Positions 52,140-64,000 of a DNA stretch of 64,000 bases are shown here, in pieces. Both the position numbers and the translations under genes were made by a program. Numbering within the stretch: position 1 is the stretch's first letter; the number at the start of each line of letters is the position of its first letter. The notes under the pieces are model-generated. The model saw nothing but the letters and a program-made list of their open reading frames with translations, ran no database searches and was not told where the DNA came from. Origin of the DNA: Antedon mediterranea (lineage: Eukaryota; Animalia; Echinodermata); the NCBI RefSeq assembly GCF_964355755.1, contig NC_092678.1:326422-390421 (forward strand), read 5' to 3'.

Positions 52140-52860
52140 ATGGAAGCACAATACCAAAATAATAACCATGACCGACTCTCTAATTTAGTTTTTAACCCCT
52201 CTACACACAGTAGACAATTCGACGATATAGACCCAGATAATTTTTTTAATGACATAAATATCTCAAATTATTACCTGCCAAATGAATTTAACACTCAGTT
52301 TATTGACAAAACCCAATTTAACTTTTCTTGTGTCCATTTTAATGCCAGAAGCCTGCAAAAAAATTTTGATTCTATCTATGATTGCATTCAATCTTTAAAC
52401 TTTAATTTCAATATTATTTCAATTACAGAAACATGGATGGATCACCCAAGCCCACTTATTCAGATACCCAACTATACATTTCTTTGCAATCCTCGTTCAT
52501 ATAAATGTGGAGGAACTGGAATTTTTGTAAATGATAATACACGCTATTCAATCAGAGATGATTTAACTTCTACTCAATACTTCTGTGAATCACAATTTAT
52601 TGAAGTGCATACAGACAAAGAATCTATTCTAATAGGTACTATATATAGACCTCACGAAATTAATATGCCTTTTTTTACAGAACAACTTGAACTTCTTTAA
52701 AAACAAATATCTAGAGAGAAAAAAAAGGTATTTCTTTTAGGTGATTTTAATGTCGATATTTTAAAATTTGATTCAAATAATAATGTAAATGATTTTGTCC
52801 ATTGTCTATTTAACAATTCTTTTTATCCTCTTATCCACAGACCCACAAGAATAACTCCCA
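52140..52860 (+). pseudogene. LINE ORF2 APE endonuclease N-terminus, truncated (partial copy ~56760-57088)
   Basis: HFNARSL, ISITETW, GTIYRP, LGDFNVD, HRPTRIT. Frameshift at ~52698. Confidence 0.88.
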
Positions 52861-53562
52861 GAAATATTCTCCGATAATGGTCCTCAATTCCAGCGAGAGT
52901 ATGATGAATTTTGCGCTGAATGGGGCATTGATCATACCACGAGTAGCCCAGGAGATCCTCAGTCAAACGGGTTCATTGAGCGACAAGTTCGTTACATAAA
53001 ACCCATCATAAAAAAATGTTTAAAAACCGGCGGAGATATTAACAAAGCACTATTGAATGTTAGAGCTACATCATTGGACACATGTGTACCAAGTCCGGCT
53101 GAACTGATGTTTAATCGACCTATACCAACATTAACACCAAGTCGTCAAGCAGCAAACAACTCGCAACAAGAATATTGTAGAAAACTGCAACAAGCTACGC
53201 AGCGACAAAAAGAATATGCAGATAAAAACACTCATGAACTCCCACCTATTCCTGATGGAAGTAATGTTCGAGTTTATGATAAGTCCACAAAGCAATGGAA
53301 ACCTGCGACGACTGTGGAAAAGTGTGTCCAACGAAGATCATATATTATACAAGCGGAAAATGGAAATCTGCTGAGACGAAATCGCGTACATTTGAGGAAG
53401 GTACCTCAACAGAATGCCCAAATCAATGGTAGCACAGCACCTGAAAATGTTGTACCAACCTGGCAACCGATAGACCAAAATCCGTCTATTCTGAATATGA
53501 GTAACACGCGCTCTAAGAGAAGTGTGAAACCTCCTACGCGTTTAATTGAAACAAAAGAGTGA
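52860..53562 (+). mobile_element. Gypsy integrase C-terminal fragment (copy ~57088-57793)
   Basis: IFSDNGPQF..TSSP..PQSNGFIER, SPAELMFNR, RRNRVHLR. Confidence 0.88.
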
Positions 53563-53894
53563 TTTTGGACTGTAACGTGATCTACAAGTTTAAAATGTAT
53601 GTTCAATACCACGGATTGTTAAAGTTGCAGTTCTAGGAAGTTATGAAACAAGTTGTGTTTTTGAAGTTTTTATTTTTGAACATTTGAACGTTTATAGTTA
53701 ATACAGTTTGGAACTTTTTGGACAATTACGGACACCAAAACCATATAACCATAGCAACGCTACTGGCACTAAGGGCAGTTCTAATACAACGCCATGTTTG
53801 AAAATAATACCAATTAATAGATATATATTAAACATCAAAATAATCAGTAAAACGTGTCTGACAATCATTAAAGAGGCGTAGCCTAGATTTCATA

Positions 53895-54085
53895 ACAATA
53901 CATCGTAGGCTACGAACAATACTTCGTAGGCTAAGAACAATGCATCGTAGGCTACGAACAATGCATCGTAGGCTACGAACAATACATCGTAGGCTACAAA
54001 CAATACATCGTAGGAGAGAACAATACATCGTAGGCTACAAACATTACATCGTAGGCTACAAACAATACATCGTAGGAGAGAACAA
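53895..54085. repeat. 20/21-bp tandem repeat ACAATACATCGTAGGCTACGA (longer copy ~58126-58357; 2-unit remnants at ~11305 and ~45577)
   Basis: Directly visible; the second array is 41 bp (two units) longer. Confidence 0.9.
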
Positions 54086-54719
54086 TGACCTACGTTCTAC
54101 CTACGATCTACCTACGCGTAGATACGAAGCAGTAATTTCTTTCTGTACTGTAAAGACACACTGGAAGGCTTATTGTGGATTGATAACTTTAGACAAATAC
54201 AATTAGATCAAATCATGAGACAAAAGGAAGATAACGAATGAAGTTAATGAATGGAATAAGAAAATGTTGCATGAAACCTGTACGAATATTATATGCATTC
54301 AAGCAGAAGATATTGTAGTTAACAGCAAGAAAGAACACGTTAAGTGCGAAACACCTCGGAAATCACGTAAAACTAATTTATTAAATTATTTGTGGATTGC
54401 ACAAATGGATGTATGGGATATGTTGAAGAAATAACCAAGCATTATCAAACAAAAAACCAATATCTATTAAAGTGAATTTTGACAACAATGAAATTGGTAT
54501 TCAGTTAATTGAAATGTTTCAAGCTATTGGCAAAAAATACAGCCGAAAGCAATTTCCTCTCAAATTAGCTTATGCATGTACAGTTCATAAAGTGCAGGAA
54601 ATAACAATGAATAAAAGGCATCAGTTAGCTTTAAAAATACTTTTGTGCCTGGACAAGCATACGTACAAATGATGAGCTGTTGATACAGTATTTCTCCAAA
54701 TATGGGGAAATTATTGAAA

Positions 54720-56727
54720 TGAGAGATTGATTGGTTGAGATCGGGAGGAGATAATATTTGAGGGGAAGAAGCATACGAAACCAAAAGTAAAAAAGGCCTC
54801 CTCCTTGGTAACCGAGGGGAGACTGTGCGCGCTCGAGGAGCGCGCTGAGCAAACAAACAACTTGCTACAGCAGCTTGTTCAGAACCTGAATGGGCCTAGG
54901 CCACAGGTTAGTTATGACAGCCAGGAAAGTTTTTCCGGCGATAATGATAGCTTGTCAGTAGATTCTAACTACTCAGGTTTCCATTCATGCAATACACCAA
55001 GAAACCAGACAAGCGATATTAATAATGATATTGATATTAATACTGTTTTCGACGATGGTTTGGCCTTGGCTAAGCCTATGGCCCCACCTCCAGGTTTTGC
55101 TGCACGGTTTGCGTCAGCAGAGGAAACAGGACCTGAGATTACCAAGGAATTGTCAGACAGTATAACTTACTTGCTCCATTCTCCAATGGATGTGAGAATA
55201 TACAACTGGAGCTTTCTAAAGCATATCTGGTTCCAGATAATGCAAAAGCACTAATAGTGCCCAAAGTAAACCCGACCCTGTGGGACGGGATATCCGGAAA
55301 ATCAAGGTCTTTAGATCTGAAGTTTCAACGGATACAGAAGCCTCTCATAAAAGGCATCACAGCTCTAGCCCATGCATTGGGAAATGAGCATAATGAACGA
55401 TCTCAAGATGCACTTGCCTTATTGGCAAATGCAAATTACGAGTTATTGGGACTACGAAAAGAAGTCCTAAAACCGGAGATTAACAAGGATTATAGACATC
55501 TCTGTAAGCCGACTACAAAACCAACAGAATTTCTGTTCGGAAATTTAGGAAAATCTGTAAAACGGCTTGATGAAGAGAGGAAGGCAACATCCGGACTCCT
55601 AAAGACCAACAATTGGGTCATTAATAACAATCTGAAATGAAGAGGTATGATATACCAACTATTCATAATGAAATAGTGGGAGGTCGACTGAGGTCATACC
55701 TACCTGCTGGGAAAAAGCGCACTTCCGATCTATATATTTTAAATGCTGTCACTGGCTATAAAATAGAATTTTGTAAACAAATTCCACAATATTTAAGAGG
55801 GAGAATTCCTCATCCATATAACCCGAGTGTTATAGAAATGGCTGCGATTGATGAACAGGTCTTAAAATTACTGGATAAAGGAGTAATAAAGTCCTCTTAT
55901 TACGAACCTGACCAATTTGTTTCTAATTTATTTGTAAGGCCAAAAAAGGATGGAGGTTTTCGAACTATCCTTGATCTCTCAAAGTTAAATGAGTATGTTG
56001 CCTACAAACATTTTAAGATGGAAACATTTTCAAATGCACTCACACTTATAGACCAAGGGGTATACATGACCTCAGTTGACCTCAAAGATGCTTATTATAC
56101 AGTTCCCATAGCATATTCAGACGTAAAGTACTTAAAGTTTGTCTGGAAAGGGAATCTTTATGCATTTGGGGCATTACCTAATGGCCTAAGCACAGGGCCA
56201 AGACTGTTTACGAAACTACTGAAGCCTCCACTAGCATATTTAAGAAGTAGAGGCCATATTGTCCTAATTTATATTGACGATATACTTGCTATTAATAAGT
56301 GTCGAGACAAAGCAAAACACACAGCCAGAGAAGTTTGTGAAATCTTGACGTCATTGGGGTTCATTATAAATTATAAAAAATCCGTATTATACAGCCCACT
56401 CGAACAATAACCTTTTTAGGGTTTGAAATTAACTCAGTCACAATGACTGGTGTTACTCTCCCTCAATCAAAGAAAGAGGAGATATTTAATGAGTGTCATC
56501 AAGTAATTACCTCTGTCCAGACTACTATTAGACGGGTTGCAAGCCTGCTAGGGAAACTGGTAGCTGCACTCCCAGCTGTGGAATATGGCAAATTACATTA
56601 CAGGGCCCTTGAAAAAGGAAAAATTATGTCCCTGAGACACAATAAAGGCCACTATGACAGAACAATGACCATTAATGAGAATGGCAGGGCCGACATTACC
56701 TGGTGGCAGCACAATATATATTATGTG
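54720..56727 (+). mobile_element. DIRS retrotransposon fragment (gag and RT), frameshifted
   Basis: PKKDGGFRTILDLSKLN, HFKMET, DLKDAYYTVPI, PRLFTKLLKP, YIDD. Confidence 0.9.
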
Positions 56728-58991
56728 GATGGATCACCCAAGCCCACTTATTCGATAAGTGATAATACACGCTATTCAACCAGAGATGATTTAACTTCTA
56801 CTCAATACTTCTGTGAATCACAATTTATTGAAGTGCATACAGACAAAGAATCTATTCTAATAGGTACTATATATAGACCTCACGAAATTAATATGCCTTT
56901 TTTTACAGAACAACTTGAACTTCTTTTAAAACAAATATCTAGAGAGAAAAAAAAGGTATTTCTTTTAGGTGATTTTAATGTCGATATTTTAAAATTTGAT
57001 TCAAATAATAATGTAAATGATTTTGTCCATTGTCTATTTAACAATTCTTTTTATCCTCTTATCCACAGACCCACAAGAATAACTCCCAGAAATATTCTCC
57101 GATAATGGTCCTCAATTCCAGCGAGAGTATGATGAATTTTGCGCTGAATGGGGCATTGATCATACCACGAGTAGCCCAGGAGATCCTCAGTCAAACGGGT
57201 TCATTGAGCGACAAGTTCGTTACATAAAACCCATCATAAAAAAATGTTTAAAAACCGGCGGAGATATTAACAAAGCACTATTGAATGTTAGAGCTACACC
57301 ATTGGACACAGGTGTACCAAGTCCGGCTGAACTGATGTTTAATCGACCTATACCAACATTAACACCAAGTCGTCAAGCAGCAAACAACTCGCAACAAGAA
57401 GAATATTGTAGAAAACTGCAACAAGCTACGCAGCGACAAAAAGAATATGCAGATAAAAACACTCATGAACTCCCACCTATTCCTGATGGAAGCAATGTTC
57501 GAGTTTATGATAAGTCCACAAAGCAATGGAAACCTGCGACGACTGTGGAAAAGTGTGTCCAACCAAGATCATATATTATACAAGCGGAAAATGGAAATCT
57601 GCTGAGACGAAATCGCGTACATTTGAGGAAGGTACCTCAACAGAATGCCCAAATCAATGGTAGCACAGCACCTGAAAATGTTGTACCAACCTGGCAACCG
57701 ATAGACCAAAATCCGTCTATTCTGAATATGAGTAACACGCGCTCTAAGAGAAGTGTGAAACCTCCTACGCGTTTAATTGAAACAAAAGAGTGATTTTGGA
57801 CTGTAACGTGATCTACAAGTTTAAAATGTATGTTCAATACCACTGATTGTTAAAGTTGCAGTTCTAGGAAGTTATGAAACAAGTTGTGTTTTTGAAGTTT
57901 TTATTTTTGAACATTTGAACGTTTATAGTTAATACAGTTTGGAACTTTTTGGACAATTACGGACACCGAAACCATATAACCATACCAACGCTACTGGCAC
58001 TAAGGGCAGTTCTAATACAACGCCATGTTTGAAAATAATACCAATTAATAGATATATATTAAACATCAAAATAATCAGTAAAACGTGTCTGACAATCATT
58101 AAAGAGGCGTAGCCTAGATTTCATAACAATACATCGTAGGCTACGAACAATACTTCGTAGGCTAGGAACAATGCATCGTAGGCTACGAACAATACAGCGT
58201 AGGAGAGAACAATACATCGTAGGCTACGAACAATACATCGTAGGCTACAAACAATACATCGTAGGCTACAAACAATACATCGTAGGAGAGAACAATACAT
58301 CGTAGGCTACAAACATTACATCGTAGGCTACAAACAATACATCGTAGGAGAGAACAATGACCTACGATCTACCTACGATCTACCTACGCGTAGATACGAA
58401 GCAGTAATTTCTTTCTGTACTGTAAAGACACACTGGAAGGCTTATTGTGGATTGATAACTTTAGACAAATACAATTAGATCAAATCATGAGACAAAAGGA
58501 AGATAACGAATGAAGTTAATGAATGGAATAAGAAAATGTTGCATGAAACCTGTACGAATATTATATGCATTCAAGCAGAAGATATTGTAGTTAACAGCAA
58601 GAAAGAACACGTTAAGTGCGAAACACCTCGGAAATCACGTAAAACTAATTTATTAAATTATTTGTGGATTGCACAAATGGATGTATGGGATATGTTGAAG
58701 AAATAACCAAGCATTATCAAACAAAAAACCAATATCTATTAAAGTGAATTTTGACAACAATGAAATTGGTATTCAGTTAATTGAAATGTTTCAAGCTATT
58801 GGCAAAAAATACAGCCGAAAGCAATTTCCTCTCAAATTAGCTTATGCATGTACAGTTCATAAAGTGCAGGAAATAACAATGAATAAAAGGCATCAGTTAG
58901 CTTTAAAAATACTTTTGTGCCTGGACAAGCATACGTACAAATGATGAGCTGTTGATACAGTATTTCTCCAAATATGGGGAAATTATTGAAA

Positions 58992-61455
58992 TGAGAGATT
59001 GATTGGTTGAGATCGGGAGGAGATAATATTTGAGGGGAAGAAGCATACGAAACCAAAAGTAAAAAAGGCCTCCTCCTTGGTAACCGAGGGGAGACTGTGC
59101 GCGCTCGAGGAGCGCGCTGAGCAAACAAACAACTTGCTACAGCAGCTTGTTCAGAACCTGAATGGGCCTAGGCCACAGGTTAGTTATGACAGCCAGGAAA
59201 GTTTTTCCGGCGATAATGATAGCTTGTCAGTAGATTCTAACTACTCAGGTTTCCATTCATGCAATACACCAAGAAACCAGACAAGCGATATTAATAATGA
59301 TATTGATATTAATACTGTTTTCGACGATGGTTTGGCCTTGGCTAAGCCTATGGCCCCACCTCCAGGTTTTGCTGCACGGTTTGCGTCAGCAGAGGAAACA
59401 GGACCTGAGATTACCAAGGAATTGTCAGACAGTATAACTTACTTGCTCCATTCTCCAATGGATGAGAATATACAACTGGAGCTTTCTAAAGCATATCTGG
59501 TTCCAGATAATGCAAAAGCACTAATAGTGCCCAAAGTAAACCCGACCCTGTGGGACGGGATATCCGGAAAATCAAGGTCTTTAGATCTGAAGTTTCAACG
59601 GATACAGAAGCCTCTCATAAAAGGCATCACAGCTCTAGCCCATGCATTGGGAAATGAGCATAATGAACGATCTCAAGATGCACTTGCCTTATTGGCAAAT
59701 GCAAATTACGAGTTATTGGGACTACGAAAAGAAGTCCTAAAACCGGAGATTAACAAGGATTATAGACATCTCTGTAAGCCGACTACAAAACCAACAGAAT
59801 TTCTGTTCGGAAATTTAGGAAAATCTGTAAAACGGCTTGATGAAGAGAGGAAGGCAACATCCGGACTCCTAAAGACCAACAATTGGGTCATTAATAACAA
59901 TCTGAAATGAAGAGGTATGATATACCAACTATTCATAATGAAATAGTGGGAGGTCGACTGAGGTCATACCTACCTGCTGGGAAAAAGCTCACTTCCGATC
60001 TATATATTTTAAATGCTGTCACTGGCTATAAAATAGAATTTTGTAAACAAATTCCACAATATTTAGGAGGGAGAATTCCTCATCCATATAACCCGAGTGT
60101 TATAGAAATGGCTGCGATTGATGAACAGGTCTTAAAATTACTGGATAAAGGAGTAATAAAGTCCTCTTATTACGAACCTGACTTATTTGTTTCTAATTTA
60201 TTTGTAAGGCCAAAAAAGGATGGAGGTTTTCGAACTATCCTTGATCTCTCAAAGTTAAATGAGTATGTTGCCTACAAACATTTTAAGATGGAAACATTTT
60301 CAAATGCACTCACACTTTTAGACCAAGGGGTATACATGACCTCAGTTGACCTCAAAGATGCTTATTATACAGTTCCCATAGCATATTCAGACGTAAAGTA
60401 CTTAAAGTTTGTCTGGAAAGGGAATCTTTATGCATTTGGGGCATTACCTAATTGGCCTAAGCACAGGGCCAAGACTGTTTACGAAACTACTGAAGCCTCC
60501 ACTAGCATATTTAAGAAGTAGAGGCCATATTGTCCTAATTTATATTGACGATATACTTGCTATTAATAAGTGTCGAGACAAAGCAAAACACACAGCCAGA
60601 GAAGTTTGTGAAATCTTGACGTCATTGGGGTTCATTATAAATTATAAAAAATCCGTATTACAGCCCACTCAAACAATAACCTTTTTAGGGTTTGAAATTA
60701 ACTCAGTCACAATGACTGGTGTTACTCTCCCTCAATCAAAGAAAGAGGAGATATTTAATGAGTGTCATCAAGTAATTACCTCTGTCCAGACTACTATTAG
60801 ACAGGTTGCAAGCCTGCTAGGGAAACTGGTAGCTGCACTCCCAGCTGTGGAATATGGCAAATTACATTACAGGGCCCTTGAAAAAGGAAAAATTATGTCC
60901 CCGAGACACAATAAAGGCCACTATGACAGAACAATGACCATTAATGAGAATGGCAGGGCCGACATTACCTGGTGGCAGCACAATATATATTATGTGTATA
61001 AACATATATCTCATGGCGACCCAAACCTTGCATTCGAAACTGATGCTTCGGGTTTAGGGTGGGGAGCAACTGATGGCACTAATCACATTGGTGGGAGATG
61101 GTGCCAGAATGATTTACAAAATGCATTTGTAAATGATTCACTTAATATTAATTATTTGGAGTTACTGGCAGCTTTTCTCGGACTTAAGTCACTCATAAAA
61201 GATGTACCGGTATCTAATATACACGTCCAACTAAAAATAGATAACACTACGGCAATAGCCTATATCAATAATATGGGAGGAGCAAAATCTAACACTTGCA
61301 ACCATCTAGCAAAAATGATATGGCAATGGTGCACAGACCATAACATATGGCTTTCTGCAATCCATGTTCCGGGGAAAGATAATTTAATTGCGGATAATAA
61401 ATCACGTCACTTTGATGATGAGAAGGAATGGATGCTAAATAAAGATTTGTTTCAA
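58992..61455 (+). mobile_element. DIRS fragment: gag (59077-59910 open), RT-RNase H (one frameshift); tyrosine recombinase absent
   Basis: RT motifs as above plus TDASGLGWG, INYLELLAA, IDNTTAIAYINNMGG, HVPGKDNLIADNKSR. Confidence 0.92.
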
Positions 61456-61499
61456 AAAATTAAGACATTAAGAAACTCTTAAGTTGTTTTCGTTGTTGT

Positions 61500-64000
61500 T
61501 TTTCCAAACTACTTTATAAACGATGCATAAACCTATTCTCATCGTCCTAATGTACTGTACTATAAATTTTGATCTTGCTGACTAATTGTCGTAATCCATG
61601 ACATGCATATAAAACGCTCAAGAGGGTGCGAGTTTGTTACCTTAAAGAGTAGTATGGTTGATTGATAAATGCATGGAGTCAAATAATAAATAGTATTTTG
61701 ATCTGGCTGACTGATTGCCGTATCAGTCGCACCCATATAAAACGCTCAAGAGGGTTTGGGTGAGTATCTCGGCGGTAATGTTCCCATTAGCTGATTCATT
61801 AATGAGATTCATTGCACTATTTCCTTTTGTACTTGGTACAATTTCTTTTAAAGTTTTCCGTTCTATTATTAGCAATAGAAGAATGGAAATAATCTCTTAA
61901 GATGACGCCTCATATTGTTCAACATAATTCTATGTAATTTATATATCTTGTGTATATGTTTGTCTTGTGAAATTATTAAATAGTTTATCCATCCTGTAAT
62001 TGGCGGGTTACTCGCTGTTGGATGAGTATGAAATAAAATAAAATAAAATTAAAATAAAATAAAATAATTTCCAGTCGAAAAGTTGCCTCATATCCTTCAA
62101 CAAGTTTCAGTCAAAAAGTTCATTGCTGCATTTAACTTTTTGAGGTATGTGGCTTCCTGGCGCAAAGACAAATAGTCTTGATTTATCTATGGTGGTAATG
62201 TAGTCGAGACCTTGATTTTGAAGACCGGAGAATGCAAGTCGCAAATTTCATTGAATTTGGAATTAAAATAAAAAAGTGCCTGTTCACAATCCTTGGCAGA
62301 AGTTCCAGAGTGTGATAGCTAGATCAGACTGAAACCGTTCAAGATCAAAATGTCTGAAAGATTTGCCTTTCACTATGATAGGTGTTCTCTGGAAGTCTTG
62401 CGCACAGTTAGGACACAGTCATGATCACTGATGGTAGATTGATCCAGGCAGATAGCAGAAGTAGAAGTGATTCTGGTTGGTTGATTTATCAGGCAATGCA
62501 GATTATACTGGTTAGTGAGCTGGTTGAATTTATACCACAATTGGCCATTTTTGTCAAATGTGTTACAGTTAAAATCACCCAAACATATGATGACTTCGTA
62601 AAATTAGGAAAAAATATTGTCAAGTGAAGTTTCCATGAAATCAAAAAAAGCAATTGTGTTATCATGAGGATGATACACTACTCCAACCGCAAAAGGATTG
62701 AAATAGCCACTTCACTATCATCAATAAAATCACTAAGCCATGTTTCACTTATGGTCATAATGTTGTTCTGCTGCATTAGAATTGTAAGCTCGTCTACTTT
62801 GTGATAAAGCGGATCGCATGTTCAGGTGGGCTATGCAAATTCCTTTGTGGGATTGCGAGCGATTAGTCAATGTTTCAAAATCATTAACAACGCCAGTAGA
62901 ATTACTAACTGCTTGCTCGTCTTTAGCTAGACCCGGATTAAATTCAATATCACCAGATAGAGTCAGATGCAATGTGCCATAATATGCCGTTTGTTTTTTG
63001 CTTCTATACTTGCGTTTTTATAGTTACATATATATCTGTATAGTCAAGGTATCCAAAGTACATGGCACTAGCTACGCAGACTAGTGTAGAATTGTGAAAA
63101 ATGTAATACAGTATAATAATATACCGGGAAAAAATCCGTATAAAACAATACATTAGGACGATGACAATATGTTTATTATAAACATGGTGTGCGCATGCAA
63201 GATTTATATCTTTAAAAATCACCTCTCGTGAGAATGCTCTTCTCGCTGATCAATTTTGTGACCAGTAGATTGGAAATCTTCAATGCATTTATCAACCATA
63301 ATACTCTTTTTAATTTAGCAAACCCAAACCCTCTTAAGTACTTAAAAAAATTCAAAATCTAACATAGCCTAATCTTCTGAACAACAACACAACAACTTAC
63401 TGCAGATTTTGTCAAAAACCTTTTTTTGCTCAAATGTTAAAAAAGCGAATCCACACTTCTTGCCCAATTTCTGCTCCGGTGGAATGTATACAGATTTGAT
63501 TTTTCCATACAGTTCTGCCACTCTTCTTGATAACATTTTCTCAAACAGTCTAGACTCTTCAATGAGCGGCATTGTCATTAGTGACGCAACTGATCACCTT
63601 CCCGTTTTCACTGTGAACATTACTAATTCAAGTAAGTCTACAGACAAAGTGAAGCGTAAATTTAGAAAATTTAATGAAAACAATATTCCCCTACACAGGT
63701 CTCCGCGTGCGTGTGACGTGCCAAGCCAGCTTGATAGAGAAAGCATGCAGCTCACGCAAGTGCATGATGCAATGGTTGAGTGAATTCTGGGATCATCTTA
63801 ATTCCATGGTTTGTTACCTAAACACCACATGATGGTGAATATGCCTGTTAAAGTCTCAATGATACGATCCCTTAATGTACCATGTTGTTGCTAGGAGGCT
63901 TGAAAGGAGGAGGGATCTAGCCTAGTCGTCGGCAAGAGAATGCCGTTCTCTGACAATTTAAGGTCGGCAATTGAAATTCGTGGGCTGGAAATTACACCAA
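61500..64000 (+). repeat. Third partial copy of the duplicated block (matches ~47500-49810)
   Basis: Same ORFs as 14054-14903 and 48196-49593, with an empty Sola site. Confidence 0.93.
61946..62065 (+). mobile_element. Short retroposon 3' end with (AAAAT)n tail, specific to this copy
   Basis: Absent at the homologous site ~13747. Confidence 0.6.

Larger units (their letters stand above)
52532..60996 (+). repeat. ~4.27 kb tandem duplication (52532-56727 and 56760-~60996)
   Basis: Repeated ORF series at offsets 4228-4272. Confidence 0.93.

Noticed and set aside
56443-57105. Novel DIRS RT-APE endonuclease fusion protein
   Set aside because: Chance in-frame junction of the tandem duplication, with both parts truncated.
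53895-58357. CRISPR-like appearance of the 20/21-bp repeats
   Set aside because: The repeats are head-to-tail with no unique spacers, there are no cas genes, and the context is eukaryotic.

Overview
AT-rich metazoan genomic DNA with no intact host gene. The window is a heavily rearranged graveyard of hnRNP A/B-type genes (2xRRM, Gly-rich region, PY-NLS), present both as intron-containing pseudogene pieces and as one spliced retrocopy. These are interleaved with fragments of many transposon classes: Gypsy (at least three families), Copia, BEL/Pao, DIRS, CR1/L2-type LINEs, a Helitron/PIF1 helicase, a Sola2 DNA transposon, hAT/P-like and Harbinger-like MITEs. The mosaic has been re-copied by near-identical duplications: 1-14989 vs 30806-49130, a 3.3 kb tandem unit, a 4.27 kb tandem unit, inverted copies, and a third partial copy at 61500-64000. 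The most unusual signals are block-wise co-orientation of retroelement fragments with hnRNP fragments, satellites built from 5' splice-site hexamers on the hnRNP sense strand, a 6-bp-TSD MITE family, a spliced hnRNP copy fused to a tRNA-Pro PBS, and templated fillers at junctions. All calls come from reading motifs by eye; no database search was run.
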